The notes: generated by a model not told the origin, from the sequence alone. 248,000 nt of DNA from Octopus vulgaris (GCA_951406725.2 OX597817.1:117820001-118068000), one strand, 5' to 3'; counted from the first letter of the stretch, positions 121,183-136,700 are shown. A program made the numbers and translations.

Positions 121183-121451
121183 AATATATGTACATATGTA
121201 TATACATATATATATATATATATGTATGTATGCATGTATATATATATAATTGGGAGGACAGAAAGAATATATCTTAATGAAAGTATACAGCTGTATAAGC
121301 AAACGTTCAAAATTTTAAATGAAAAATTTATAATCCAATTACATTTCAACGGCAACTGGTAGGATGCTGAACACATTAAAAACAAGAGCAATGTGTGAAT
121401 GCAGATATGTATACCATGGAAAATAGCAAATACAATGTAAAATACGCGAAC

Positions 121452-121487
<36 letters not shown>

Positions 121488-122499
121488 ATGTATGTATGTG
121501 TGTATGCGCACAAGAGAGAGACAGAGAGAGAGAGGGTGCATGTGTGCGTGTGGGAATGTACACGCATGTATTTAAGTGTGTATTTTCGAATAGCATGGGG
121601 TAGGCAGATACGTACGGCACATATTTCAAAAGACTCACCAACCGAATGTTACATGATTTCAAGGTACTAAACGAATACTTCATGTTCCTTCTCTCAGGCA
121701 ATATTTCTACCTGTGGCTTACAAGCTGTTAGTCGTCAAGACTTTGCCATGAGAAGCCGGGAAAAATTCATACAATTTCAACTGTCGAAGTGGAGTTAACT
121801 CTTGAAAGTTTAAGTAACCTCAACAAATTCCGGTAAAGTAGAAATGGGTTCCTTTTCTATGCATTCGTCATCTATATTTGGGGCTAACCAACTACATTAC
121901 CCTTTTCTACATTACCGAAGTTTGTTATATATATATACATATACATAATGTAAATGAGTAACGAAGATGTGCAGGTCTCAAATCATTAAACGACTCCTTT
122001 AATTGATTAATGAAAACATTACATCATTTGAAAGAAATTGTCCACGTCAGATAGCCAGATAGACTTCAAACATAGAGGATAAAACCAATGTTTTAACATA
122101 TTCATATCAATAATGGAACACAAAATACATTGTTTCTATTCTCTGGCAGAATGAGTTTAGAAAGTAACACATACTTAGTCAAATCTGCTATAATTTAGAG
122201 AGTAGCTGAGGAAATAGTGGGGATAGAATGTAGTTTTCAACCATCAAGAATCAGATCTATTGGGAGTTGTCAATCTTCAACTGCATACTCCATATTTTAT
122301 GAAAAAAAATATGCATAACTTTAAAACATATTTACCTTCATGCATCCACGTCAATTCGTAATTCAAATTACACAAATATTTCAAAATAGTTAGGAAGAAA
122401 AAGTCATGCTTCTTCGTTCTCAATTCAACACGTTTCTAATTTGTCATTGAACAGACGGCGGAAAGTTATGTATATATAGATATATATATATAGTGAGAG

Positions 122500-123180
122500 A
122501 GAGGAAGAGAGAGGGAGAAGAGCAGTTAAAAACATATCTTCCATGCGTTTTGAATGATCAAGGTTTAAATAAAACATCGACAATTCTCCTTGATTCGAAA
122601 TGATTGTAGACGGCGGGTGTTATGAATGAAGTTTATTTCAAACTTCACGTGGTTAATACAGAACTAGTTTCATGTCTAATGCTCACATTAAATAAACCAA
122701 TTTTTAAAATTAATTTAAATTTCAAAATACTGAATATTCTAATATTCTATATTTTGTGAAAAAAGTATGCATGACTTTAAAATATATTTACTTTCATTCA
122801 TCAACATCAATTCATAATTCAAGTTACTCAAATATTTCGAAACAGTTATGGAGAAAGAAAAAGTCTTGCTTCTTTGTTCACGCTTATGCATATTTGTTCC
122901 TCAAAATATGGAGCATAAAACTGAAGATTGTAGTATGTTTGTAATTTAAATTAAATTTCTTTTTTAAAATTGATTTATAAAATTTGTGCACTAAACATTA
123001 AACTAGTCCTGTATTAACCACGTTGACTTTGAAATAAACATCATTCATCAAGCCGGCTGTCTATAATAATTTCGAAACAAGGAGAATTGTTGATGTTTTT
123101 TTTAAACATTGATCATCCAGCACTCATAGACGATAAGTTTTTAGCTGCTCTTCTCCATCTATCTATGTGTCTCTCTCTCT
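122500..123180. repeat. Diverged inverted-repeat element (~300-bp arms)
   Basis: agaagagcagttaaaaac...gaactagttt is matched by aactagtcctg...ttagctgctcttctcc. Confidence 0.6.
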
Positions 123181-123362
123181 ATATATATATATACATAATT
123201 CGCCGTCGTCTGTTCAACAGAAAGTTAGAAGCGTGTTGAATTTTGAACGAAGAAGAATGGCTTTTCTTTCTCCATAGCAATTTTGAAATATTTTGAAATA
123301 TGTTGAAATATATATGTATATACATATGTATGCATATATACATATGTATATATATATGTGTG

Positions 123363-123407
<45 letters not shown>

Positions 123408-124561
123408 GTGTGTGTATTTGTGCGTTTGTGTCTTCCCATCACCGTCGCTTGACAACCGATGTTTTTATTAGTTACTAGGACCTTCCCTTCCTATTCAATA
123501 CAATTAATTCAGAACTGGACAAGGTTTATCAATGGGTTATCGTTAATCGGCTTACACTTAATATTAACAAAAAAAATTTTACATGGTTTTCTCCACAAAG
123601 CCCCAACAGATACTTTCTAATGTCCTCATCGTAAGTAAAGCAATTTCAAATGCAACATCAACAAACATTCTCGGTATTCATATTGATAAGTATCTCACTT
123701 TCAAAACACATATAAGCAATTTATTAAAACAAAATTCCCGTACTCTTGGTATGTCAAATAGAATTTATTACCTTCTTCCTGAAAATATTACTGTAAAATT
123801 TATTATTCGTTAATATACTCAAAATTCTCTTACTGGGAGAATTGCAAAGTTCGGTTACTCAACTATGCCATTTATAAATCATGGAAGACTCCCAAAACAA
123901 AGAATCCTCAATCAAAATTTATATTAATTTTCCAAAATTGTAACCCAAGTATCTACGAAATTCATATCTATACCAGTAACTTTTGAAACATCTATATCAT
124001 ACGTTTTTAAACAGCATCTCTTTCATTCGATTCACTAGTTGATGCATTACCTAATACTGATGATCAATTTTGGATTTCATTTCGAAGGGTAATATATTCA
124101 TGAAACGATTGTAAGATATCTCAACCTCTTTGAATAATTATACTCTATATCTTTATCTATTAATACAATATTATTTATATTAGGGACGTATATCTTCTGT
124201 GATTTTTCAATGAAAGTTTTCCTGCTCATACTTTATTATATATATATAGCCAGCGCGGTGGCGTCATTTGAAGACTAAAACAATGCGAAGCGCATTGTGA
124301 CCAGCGATGTGTAGCAACATCTGATAGCCTGGTCGGTCACAGTGATATATATATGAGATGATGGTGTCATTGAGACCCAACGGTGTCAGGTAATGCTGAA
124401 TAAGTGCTATAGACAGACCATTGTTAAGTTCCAGATTCGGTAATATTGCGAATAAGGGGTTCAACTTTGGGTCTATGTCAGCGTGTGCATATAAGAATTA
124501 TTTGCGTAATAAGATAAAAAAACCAAGGCTGTATAGATATTAGAGCATTTATAGATGGAAA

Positions 124562-124613
124562 GCCTTACAGTTGTTTCTAGGATATTTATTAATAACATCC
124601 CTTCATCAGAGAC
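124562..124613 (-). ncRNA. Candidate type I HHR
   Basis: GTCT-CTGATGA-AGGGATGTT(ATTAAT)AAATATCCTA-GAAA-CAACTG-TA-AGGC. Confidence 0.55.
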
Positions 124614-124757
124614 GGTGTGAGAGGAAAGTTAATTCATAGTTAGTTTAGATGTGACACAAAATAGAGTGAGGTGGAGGAAAGAAAATAGATGCAAGATATG
124701 TATGGGTATTTTGCATCACATCTAAACTAATTATGACTTAATTTTCCTCTCACACCC

Positions 124758-124807
124758 TCTCCGATGAAGGGATATTATAAAAAAATATCCTAGAAATAGC
124801 TGTAAGA
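124758..124807 (+). ncRNA. Candidate type I HHR (U4C)
   Basis: TCT-CCGATGA-AGGGATATT...AATATCCTA-GAAA-TAGCTG-TA-AGA. Confidence 0.5.
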
Positions 124808-124879
124808 CCGATCTATAAATGCTCTAATATCTATACAGCCTTGGTTTTTTTATCTTATTACGCAAAAGCTTCATATATT

Positions 124880-124913
<34 letters not shown>

Positions 124914-125507
124914 TGCAAATACCATAAGGGCACAGATAGTGTGCCTAAAGCCACCTGGAGACGATGATCTCCTGGTGCTAAAAGCTACAGTAACACCCAT
125001 CCTTTGTAGTTAGCCATATTGAGATGGCTATTATACTTTACATTGTCGAGCGGTTACTGTGTACATCTCGTTCAGAGATTTAATAATGCTTGCAGACAGT
125101 TTTTCGAAATCAGTGACGGAAGTTACTAGAAAAACACATATATTTGCTTACAGGCTTTCCCTTTCATCGTGATCCGGTGATTACCACCCGTTGACAAGAG
125201 GCAGCAACCTCGAAACCGCGGTCCGGTGCGTATCACTTAGGCTTACAAGAAAGGGATGGCCTCCCTTTGCAAATACCATAAGCGCACAGATAATGTGCCT
125301 AAAGCCAGCTGGAGACGATGATCTCCTGGGGCTAAAAGCTACAGTAACACCAACCCTTTGTGGTTAGCCATATTGAGATGGCTATTATACTTTACGTATC
125401 TATCTCTCTGTACATAAACACACATGCACATATATACATTCATAAATATCTGTTTTGCATCTATATATATATGCATTCATACATATATAGATAGATAGAG
125501 AGAGAGA

Positions 125508-125544
<37 letters not shown>

Positions 125545-126286
125545 ACAGACACAGATATGTCTGTCTTTATTTATTTATGCTTGAATGTGTGTATGTTTTC
125601 ATGCTTGTATAACTTGAATTTTAAAATGTAGGTAACATGCTTAAGAAAAATCTACGTATGATGGACGATGATGTTAATTTTAAAATAAAAGCTGTTATTT
125701 ATAGCTAGAAAGAAACTAAATAAAAGAAACCGGAATTAGGAGGTATATATACAGGAGCTTCGGCTGTTGCTGACGATACTGATTCCATTAAAAGAGCGAT
125801 TTTGTATAAGCTGAAATTTATATGCAGGTAACAATGAGAAATATCTCAAACGCCTTATTGTCAGTTTTCATACAAATTATAAAATTTATGATTCTAATAT
125901 TCTCGATATCAGGCGTGGTTTATTTCTTGTTTGAAACTGCAGATTACACATTTATGGTTAATATTTCACATATATTTCTTGCTTAAAACTTTAAATTCCC
126001 AAGGGAGATATATGTTCTAAAAAAATGAAGAACAAATAAATATATATATATATATAAATAACTATGACTTATTTCGCATCGGTTAACTGTCAGCATTATA
126101 TCTAACATTATGTTTAATATGATTTTTCTCGTTCTTTTTTCTTTCTTTTTAGTGTAATACAGTAAACAATAGAAAATAGTCAATACTACAATCTGTATTA
126201 ACAATTTGCTGTAAATAATTATAAGTTTACGCAGGAAAATATGTAAGGCAATAAAATTGTGTGTATGTGCGTATATACAGAATACC

Positions 126287-126317
<31 letters not shown>

Positions 126318-126411
126318 GTATAGATATATATACAATATATATATATATAAATACTTAAATATATGCTTATAAATATGCATATATATACACATAATCATAT
126401 ATATATATATG

Positions 126412-126449
<38 letters not shown>

Positions 126450-127299
126450 CATCTAATATAGGATAACATTTTTCGAAAAAAAATTTATCTATGGCTAACA
126501 TATTAAAATATACCTTTAAAGGTTAAATTATATATATATATACATATACGGGAAATCGTGTTTATGTGCGGGTATGTGTGGAAGCTCGTGACTTAGTAAA
126601 TTTGTGATTTCCATTCTTGGAGCGGTATGTTCGGAGCATTTCGTTTCACGTTGCTCCGCTCACTTCGTTGGCAAAATCGATTGTTCCTGTGACGGACCGC
126701 TGTTCCCTCCAGGGATGGGGGGTATTTACGTCACGGAATCCAAGAAACCAGTCTTATGAAGAAGTAGTTGATCACACTGCCGGTCTCAATATATATATAC
126801 ATTCTAATTTTTTGCCTGCTTTGAAATAAACCCCTTACTGTAACTACACAGTATACTTTCAGGTGGCAAGAATTGGTTTGTAGGTGTATTTTTTAAAATC
126901 TAATTTTTCCCAAATATTCCTACAACAGAACGTCACAATCTGTTTTCTATCTATCTATTGCCTTACATATTTTTCATATTCCGATTTTGTTTTTGTATAT
127001 GCCATATCTAGCGTATTCGTCATAGCATGATTTCTGCTCAAATTATTTTTGCCTTCACTGTGTTCTTATAAAAATGATTTACTTACTTATATATTTGCAA
127101 AGATCTTTATGTGTTAGCATTATATTATAATTGTTAATTTAGTGTTTAAGATTAACAATACAGTCTTTTCCTACGGGGAACCTAAGTACTGACATTAATT
127201 TATCACAAAATTCTTTTTCACTGGGAGTGGAAGAGGGTTTATTGTTTATATTCCTCATGTGTCTGATTGTATCCAAGTGTTATACTTCATTTATATCAA

Positions 127300-127512
127300 C
127301 GAGGATTGCTGAAAAGTTCCTGGCTTTAAGGGCGTCGCGAAAGGAGTGGTTGGAGTCACAACATTCCAAGTTCTTTTACAGTACTTAATATAACTGAAGG
127401 ACTGCTTCAATGAGTGTCTGAATCTTAGAGGGCAAAATATTAAATGAAATCATAATTAACTGACCCACCCGTAATTTTTTATACCCAATGCAAGGAACTT
127501 TTCAACACTCTT
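127300..127512. mobile_element. Mariner-derived MITE (~210 bp)
   Basis: TIR-like gaggattgctgaaaagttcc / ggaacttttcaacactct. Confidence 0.45.
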
Positions 127513-128497
127513 TCTTATATACACTCCTGCCGTAATATTTACACCCAAATTAGTTTTGTAAGTGTAACTACACCAATCGTTAAATGTTTTCTTCTACGTT
127601 ATACTTAATCTGCTTCTTGTTAAATTTCCTCAGCTCGTACACTTCTTGTCGCCAATGTTCTTCTAATGTTTAACTATGGTAAAAAAAAAAAAATATTCAT
127701 TTACAGACGCATTTTATTCAATGTATGAATTTTCCTCACGCCCTACCAATATTTCGAATCTCCTAAAAAGAGATTAGTATGGCATCATCATTTTAGATGT
127801 GCCATGAACATTTCTTATATTGTTATCCAATCTGTATTCAAGAATATTTAGCCTACAACTTGTCTTTAGTATCTCGTGATTGCATTTAATACCCCGTCAG
127901 AGATTACAATGCAATTAATCAACATTCTTCTCAAGCACAGCTCCATATGTATCACAAGCCCCAAACATGAATGTTTAGCGAACTCTTGAATTTCTTTCCT
128001 ACGAAGATTATATTAACAACTATCTTTTTTTTTTATCCTGTACTCAACGCTATTGTCATCTTTTCCGAAAGAGATTGTAATGTACCGCATAAACAAGATG
128101 TAAATAATTACTTTAATCATGAATTTACCCAATAATTACGCCTGCATAATTAGAATCGTAAACTAATATACTTCTAATTATTCCAAATTTAACTGCATTT
128201 AACGTCATCTCTTGAACTCTGTTATTTTTCACCTGTTAGTTAACATTGATTAACCTGTATGATTACCAAACATTGGTTTTATTTCATTAGGAGCATCTGA
128301 AATGTGTTTTTAATGATTTCAAATAGTGCTAATACTATCACTAATCACAATGCTACTCTAATTATAAATGCATTTAAATAAAAATATCTTCGAAATTCAT
128401 AAATTAGTCCTTAAGTTATGAACTGTATATGACCGCGTATGTACCGTTGGCGATTTTTTTCCTCCGTCTTCCCTTCTCTGGATCTTTCCTTTCCTAT

Positions 128498-128532
128498 GTT
128501 TCTGACGAAGAGCTCCGCTCGGAACGTTAAGC
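128498..128532 (+). ncRNA. Family A HHR-like motif (GAAA mutated)
   Basis: GTTT-CTGACGA-A-GAGC(TCC)GCTC-GGAA-CG-TT-AAGC, within a family A copy at 128430-128640. Confidence 0.4.
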
Positions 128533-128635
128533 CCACTTTCTTCCCTTCCTTCCTTCCTGAGCGTCCAATAATACTATATTTGTTCTACGTCCCCGTGTTG
128601 TTGTGTTTTCTTTTTGTGTTTTCATGTTTGGATTA

Positions 128636-128677
<42 letters not shown>

Positions 128678-128944
128678 CATATAAGGAAAGAGTGATGGGA
128701 GAGGGAGAGGTTTGTGTGTGTGCGTGTGCATATGTGTGTATGTGTGTGTATTTATGCGTGTATGTGTGAGGAGGTTGTCTTTTTTAGCAACATTTCAATG
128801 CTAGGTATTTTAGTAGAACATTAAGTCGGTTACGTTTATTCGACTGTAAAAGCATGAAGCGTAAAACTTCTCGGTAGGACTTCAGCTCATGATGCCGAAG
128901 AACGTAGTAAATGTTCCAAAATATGTTGTCAGACATTTTAACAG

Positions 128945-130060
128945 TTAGTTAGTTAGTTAATTTGGCTCAAAAGCAAATAGCCAGGCCATGTAGGGGGACA
129001 TGGAGCTAAGTACAGGGTGGTGTTCATGCAAAGAGTTCAGGCCACTTGAGGTCCAGGGAGGCTTTGAACAAAACGGTCGTCGGCATCTTCACCATCTCGT
129101 CTGGCAGCTTGTTCCACGGATCCGCAACCCGGACGGAGAAAGCTCCTCTCCTTCGATTGAGATGAAATCGTCGCAGGTAGAGCTTTTCGGAATGACCCCG
129201 CAGCCGACGCTCCGGAGCAGGAGTGAAGAACAGCTCTTTCGAGAGGTTACACTTTCCGCTTATGATGTTGTGGGCGAGAATGAGATCACCACGGCGGCGG
129301 CGTTTTTCAAGAGAACAAAGGTCGAGCGTCCTCAGCCTTTCTTCGTAGGACAAATTTCTGAGACCATGAACCATGCGGGTAGCCAGCCTCTGGACTCTTT
129401 CGTGGGGCTGTATGTATTTGAGGAGATAAGGAGAAGAGGATTGACGCCAATACTCCTATTTGGGTCTCACCAGCGTGACATAGAGTGGCAGGAATATGGC
129501 TGCTGTGAGCATTCCGAATGACCGTCGAATCAAAAACAGAATTCCGCGCGGTTTGTTGGCAGCATGGACGCACTAGGCCGAAGGCGAAAAGGAGGAATCC
129601 ACCAAGATACCCAGGTCCTTTACCTGATCGGTCCTCTCCAGCAGCAGACGACCCGGCTCGAAATCAAGTTGAGTTGCAGGAGTAGAGCCGACAGGCAGAT
129701 GACAGCACTTTGACACGTTCAGACACAGGTCCCAATCGTTAGACCACTTCCAAATTTGGTGGAGGCATCGACGAAGATCCTCTATACTACCGCGAGGAGC
129801 GACCAGTTTGATATCGTCGGCAAATAGAAGGGTGTGTTGCGTGAGGTCGTCGGGCAAGTCATTTATGAAGACTAAGAACAACAAGGGCCCAAGCACTGAA
129901 CTTTGAGGCACGCCACTGCTCGCACTGGAGACGTCGGACCGCGAACCATTAACTTGAACTTCTGGATTCTTCTTGCAATTTTTGCTGTCAGTGTCCATGT
130001 TCTTGGCAGGATTATGACCAATGCAGTGGAAGACCACACGACCTACTCGGAAAGACCAAT
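128945..130060 (-). mobile_element. CR1-group LINE 3' part with (AACT)n tail
   Basis: SGVPQSSVLGPLLFLVFINDL, LFADDIKL, YEERLRTLDLCSLEKRRRRGDLI. Confidence 0.88.
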
Positions 130061-130397
130061 CCCAAAGTAGATAAAACAAAGTAATAGTGCGTAAATATTA
130101 CTTAAAACCCTCCCTGAGACAGGGAAAGCTAAAGAGGATCCTTGTGACTCGAACCCACCGTATAGAAGTTCTACTATTTGATCGAAACTCTCACTCGAAT
130201 TTCGCTATATATTTTAGAGAGATTTTTTCTCCTGTTCTGTTATGACATGAACAACTCTCGGTGCTAAGAATTGTAACCAAAATGAATAAATACTCATCTA
130301 CGTATAAGTATATATGCATGTATGTATATATGTTTGTATGTATGCATATGTGTGTACATATATAAAACATATATGTGAGCAAATATTCGTGTGTAAA

Positions 130398-130455
<58 letters not shown>

Positions 130456-130518
130456 TATACATTCGTGTAAATATATATATATATATAAAACTTATATATG
130501 CGAGCGTTTGTCGACTCA

Positions 130519-130578
<60 letters not shown>

Positions 130579-130639
130579 CGTGTGAACAGACCAGAGAAAG
130601 AAGGGCACTCAACACATTATTAGGTATACCAGAAAGTCA

Positions 130640-130900
130640 ATTCTGGCCCATGATGATTCCTTTTGGGTGAAAACAGAAAGCAATCCATCGTTCGACGTCT
130701 CTATGTTTAGCTTTGACGGGGCTGAAATCGCCAGCCTCGACGGGTTATACATCTTTGATTACTTCAAGAGACGTACCCACCCATAAAGGTCGGCTCTTTA
130801 TAGAGACGACGTCCTGGATATCTCAAGCCATATGAACGGCCACACCAAGGATAGGTTCAGGAAGGGGATTATACAAATATTTAAGGAACGCTCGGTATAC
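130640..130900 (+). mobile_element. PLE RT fragment (clade of 78800-79930)
   Basis: FDVSMFSFDGAEIASLDGLYI...ALYRDDVL. Confidence 0.6.
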
Positions 130901-131039
130901 GTGGTGGCAGGGAAAGGAGAAAGACCGGCATCTAAGTTGTTTGGTGAAATATAAAAGCTTTAGTCCACTTTGAAATTTTATTCCAAACCAGACGATAGCA
131001 AAGGAGATCTACTGCGAATATCTTAAGCAGCTTCAGTCT

Positions 131040-131530
131040 TGGTTTCATGACGAAAGATGTTCTACCGTCAGGATAATGATCGGGCACATACAACGAGGAT
131101 GACATTCCAAAGGCTGGAGTGGTTTCAATGGGAAACGATGCTCCACTCACCATATTCACCAGACATTGTCCCATCTGATTATTATTTATACAACAGTCTT
131201 CATAATTATTTGGACGGAAAAAATGTGAATTCTGTAGAAGCGGTGAGAACAGCACTGGAGTATTTTTCGTCACGAACAAGTGAATTTTGGAAGACGAGCA
131301 TTATAAACCACCACATCGATGGAAGAGCATTGTAGAAAATGGAGGGTGTATTTCAAATTAAAATAAATCTTTGTTTATCATAACTATTAAAAATAGAAGG
131401 TGCATTATCTATGGGATAACCACATCGATGGAAGAGCATTGTAGAAAATGGAGGGTATATTTCAAATTAAAATAAATCTTTGTTTATCATAACTATTAAA
131501 AATAGAAGGTGCATTATCTATGGGATAACA
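131040..131530 (+). mobile_element. Mariner 3' relic with 108-bp tandem duplication of its end
   Basis: LHSPYSPDIVPSDYYLY; 131307-131414 is repeated at 131418-131525. Confidence 0.75.
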
Positions 131531-134139
131531 CAGTATTACTCACTCCAATTTCATTCTTATATTTCTATGCTTATGATTGTGATCCACTTTGCCTTATTTT
131601 GTATATTTCAGACCAAACTAAATTATCGAACATATTTTTGAAATTTTCTTTTCTTGACATCCTGCACGTCTCATATATTTTCCGTCGTTCCACCATTTTC
131701 AATACATTAATGTTACTTAACAGTATTTGTTTTCTTATAGCATTGAGTCATGAGCAGGCTTCATCATATTGCTGAAACTTGTTCATGACTCGATATGATT
131801 GATGGAAATATCGTGTAACATGCAGACACTTCGATTTTCTTAGAAAATATTATTTAAAAAAGATATATGAAAGATTTTTTCCCATTGATGTGGAATAACG
131901 TCTTTTCCTTTACTTTTAATGTTCCAAAAGCTTTTATCACTTTTCGATATGCTTGTCAATTTTGCTTTAGAATTGTGCCTACGGATTATATAATTATTTT
132001 CACCTATATCATAAACATATCGTGTGACCGATTATAAAATCGAATCGAGTATATAACTTCTTTTCCTTCGGGGATCACGTTAGATAATAATTTTCATTGT
132101 TTACATTTATAACATAGCCGCATGGTTTGTGAGAAAGGTTTAGTTGAGAGAATCAATTCTATTATATTACTATTACGCCCAATATCGAAATCTGAGAAAT
132201 CAATGATAAGGTCGATTCAGTGGAATATGAAATCACAAAACAGAGTGATGTAATTTTATACCATATTGATCTGTGTACTGCCTTTTGCCCATGCCAATCT
132301 TTGTAAATATGAATATTGAGGATGATAATAATTATTACTCATAAAGAAGATGCAGCACTGTAATAATCATGCAGACATTTCAAGGTGGACAATTCTAAGT
132401 AAAAGTAATTCAGATTCTTTGCAAAAAGTATTTTATAGCTCTGAAGATACTCATGTTTCTAGCTAAGCAATCACTCGTGGTTTTGCAGACTTTTATAACA
132501 GTTTCAAAACAGGGTGCCTGATAATGTAATTTTGAAGTCAGTTTTCATAAGTTTAAGCAAAATAGTCTTTGTTTAGTTTTGGTAAGTCTGATCCTTTTCT
132601 ACAGTAACTATTCAGAAAGGCTCGGAACATTCAAATGTAAATAAACATGAATCATCGTTTCAAGATGTCTGATGAATTGGTTTTTACTTTTACACATTAT
132701 GCAACCTAAATAATTACCATTCTTAGAATTGGCAGTGATTTTCATATCGGATAGATAAAGTTTGAAAAGAGTAGAAATGAAATATATGTTTGAACGTTGA
132801 CATCTACATTCATTATAGTTGTGAAATTATGTGTGTTCAGTAATAATTGAACAAAAGAGATCCAGATGGTAATTATAATTATCAAGAAACATTAACCGGA
132901 ATATGACAGACAATATTAAAATTCATGACTGCTTGAAAGGAAATTCTTACGTTGAGGGAAATGACCCCATTATGCTATTGTTGTGTTTGCATTGTACCTT
133001 TTCGTCTTAAACGCAGCATTAATGCATTTGCACTGAGTATAAAGGGACACACCAGTTTAACACATCCGCAACGAATGTAAACCGTTTGCATCATATGGTT
133101 TTAGAAAGACGAGCTAATGAGCAATGCCTTCTTACTTGCATTATAATATAATAATATACATTCAATACTAAGCTGTATGTATTATGTGTAACTACCGATA
133201 ATTTATTACAACTACTTCCACAAGACGAACAAGTTTCTCGTAGATACTGCGTATGTCTAGTGTTTTTAATCATTGTTGGCATGCGTCTCTACATATTGTA
133301 GTAATGGTTGGGGAAGAGACAATAATAGGCTTGCAACGTGTATGTAGGACTATGTTAGCTAATTATACAAAATGCTCATACGGAATAAACCGTCTGACAA
133401 ATTTTTATGTAACAAAGCTGCTAAATAATTGTGTTATTATATCTAGAAGCATAAAGGAAATAGTATTAAAATGCATTCAAATAGTAACAAAAATATTCAT
133501 TCGAAATATATATATATATAAGTATGTATATACATTTAAGAATATATATGTGTAATAGGAAAATTGAATTGCTAAGATTGGATTATTAAATATGTTAAAA
133601 TTTTAATAAAACCATTAGTTATTCAAGGAAACATTCTTTATGAAATCATGAAAATACAATATACTTTGTATATTGAAAATTCTCCGAGGCGTTTTATTTA
133701 ATTTCCTAAATTTAAATAGGCTGGGTCGATTTCAGATTCCTCCATTTATTGCAGAATTTCGTTTTTCTTTGTATTTAAGACACTATTATAGCCAGTAATG
133801 TTAATCCCACATTTGTGAGCAAAGCGTAAGACATGGCGGGAAGGAAAATAAAATAAAAATGTTATTTAATCAAATGATTCGATCAAACAGTTCAATAAAA
133901 CGTTGGCTATTTCCTCCAGTAAATGCTTAGTTTTTGCATTAATGCAATATATTTCCCGGTTGCGTCTAAATACACACACTCACACACACATATATATATA
134001 CATACACATATATTTACATATATATATATATATATATACATATATACACATATATATTCCTATATACACATAAATATATACACATATATATATATATTCA
134101 TACATATAAACATACATACATATATACATGCACGCAGAC

Positions 134140-134189
<50 letters not shown>

Positions 134190-136600
134190 GAAATGTAGAA
134201 TTCACCGAAATTTAGAATTCACTTAATTGCTGCTATATTACTACTAACCAGTACATAACGGCTTATATCAATTAGTATATATGTGTGTGAGTGTATGTGT
134301 GTACATATACATATCCGTGTGTGTATATATATATATCTATATATATGTTCGCGCGTGCTTCCACACATTGAGAAGAAAAGTAATATAAATGTTACAGATA
134401 TTTTCCAGAAGATTGACAAAGATGAATCAATAGTTTTGCACAAGATACGATTGCGAATTACAATAGGAAATAGAAAAGTAATATAGCTTGCTGAATGATA
134501 GATTAATTTATTGATTACCAGACTCACATGCCTAAGGGTTCGTTCAACTGTAAAATTTCATATATGATATTGTTTTATAATTTTGTTTATATGAAACTGA
134601 AAAAATACATGATGTACAACGCAGTCATTGTGTTCCTGCTAAGCTTTTCAAATTTAATATCAAAGTTTAAGAAGAGATCAGGACAAGATTTAATAGGAAA
134701 ATTAGATGAAACTACAAATGGAAGAAGCAAAAAAAAATATTTGCTTTATATACAAGTTTAACACGACTTCCAATGTTAAAAAGGAATAAGAATTTTTTCA
134801 GCGCTATCTTCTAATGCCTCTATGTTCACATAAAGCATGTGAAAATATCGATTTATTTGGTTAAAAATATTAATTTCGTTTGAAAGCACGTTAAAATATT
134901 GGGATGTTTGCGTGGATTTAAAGGACATGTACACACATATGTACAATTACACGTGTGTGTTTGTGCACGTACGGACATATGCATAAAGATAAATACAAAC
135001 ATGCATATATGTTCATATGTATGTACATGTGTACGAGTATGTGCATGTGTGTGTGTGCGTGTGTGTGGGTGTGTATGTACATGTGTGTGTGTGTAGATTT
135101 ATGTTCTGACTAATCCTAAACATCTAAAAATTTTTTATTGAATCTGAAAAATCGAAAAAGTTCGTCAATGGATGCATCTTCAATATCCCATAAATTTTAA
135201 GACATCTCCATAAAATACATCACGTTTTACACGTTTTGCTAAATCAAAAATGACATACATTGTTTTTCTTTCCTTTCGAAGAGATATGAATTGTGTATGA
135301 TTGTATAACATATTGTTCTAATGAGTACACTTTGTATTTCTGTTTAGCAAGTTTATCAAAAAATACGTAACTACAAGAATTTATGCTTTGGCACATCATT
135401 ATATTACATGTGTATAGTCGTTGATGTTTCTTTAATATTAGCTTCAAATTTTGGCACAAGGCCAGTCATTTAAGGGGAGGGGCTAAGTCGATTAAATCGA
135501 CTCTAATGTTCGATTGGTACTTATTTTTTCCACCCCGAAAATATAAAAGGTAAAGTAGATCTCGGTTTCATTTGAACTCAGAGCCTAAAGACGGACGAGA
135601 GGCAGCTAAGTATTTTGACCGGCGTGCTAACGGTCCTGCAAATCAGCACGCCTTTCACTTGACGTTTCTTAACATTGACTAAATTTGACACAATGCCAGC
135701 AATTTCGAGGGAGGTGATAAGTCGATTAAATCGACCCCAGTACATATTTTATTGACCTCGAAAGGATGAAAGGCAAAGTCAACCTTGGCGTACGAGATAC
135801 TACTGAGCATTTTGCAGTGCTCCGTTTGGACATTTTTAAATATTAACCATGATCTAAAGTCGGCAAGCAGGCAGAATAGTTAACAAGATGGCCAAAGTAC
135901 TTATTGGCATTTCGTTTGTATTTTTCATTCTGAGTCCAAATTCTACAGAGGTCGACTTAGCATTTCATCCCTTGAAGTCGATAAAATAATTACCAATTCA
136001 ACAGTGGAGCCGATCTAATTAACTTAAAACTTCCCCCGAAATTGGTGGCCTTTGAAACTATTATTAACGATAATATTGCTGCCAAATATTGAAAGTGACT
136101 AAATCTTCGATTTTGGATGGGCATTACATATCAGATTAATAGTAGAAATTTCTGTATTTGACACAAATATTTTGCATATAAAGGTCACGGAAAACTGACT
136201 GATATATTTACCTATCCATGAGAAAGTTACAGCACAAAACACTCGATTGCACAGTACTAATAATATTTCAAATATTTTCCAGATTTGCATCTTATAAAAT
136301 GATAGAATGAGAAGCTTAGTATAATTCTTGGCGCAAGTTGCTATATACATCTTATTGTTATGTATTTTATAATTTGTGTGTTTAAAAATTACTGTAATCC
136401 ATGCAGACGTCTACATGCCCATGTAAAATTGTCATAAATACTAGCACACATGATATAGAATTAAAATAATTCATTGGAAAATATTTTTTCCGTCTAAGGT
136501 AGAATCGATCAAGATTTATTTTTTCGTATATATTTTTTTCTCTCCATGTTTGAAATCGCTTTGAGAAAAATGGAAAAACGCATATACATGTGTCTGTGTG

Positions 136601-136656
<56 letters not shown>

Positions 136657-136700
136657 CATATATAGATAGATAGGTAGGAAGAAAGATAGCTAGATAGATG

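Larger units (their letters stand above)
124505..124865. repeat. Inverted pair of an HHR-bearing short repeat (124505-124655 / 124715-124865)
   Basis: Reverse-complement arms; a third copy lies at 99130-99280. Confidence 0.75.
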
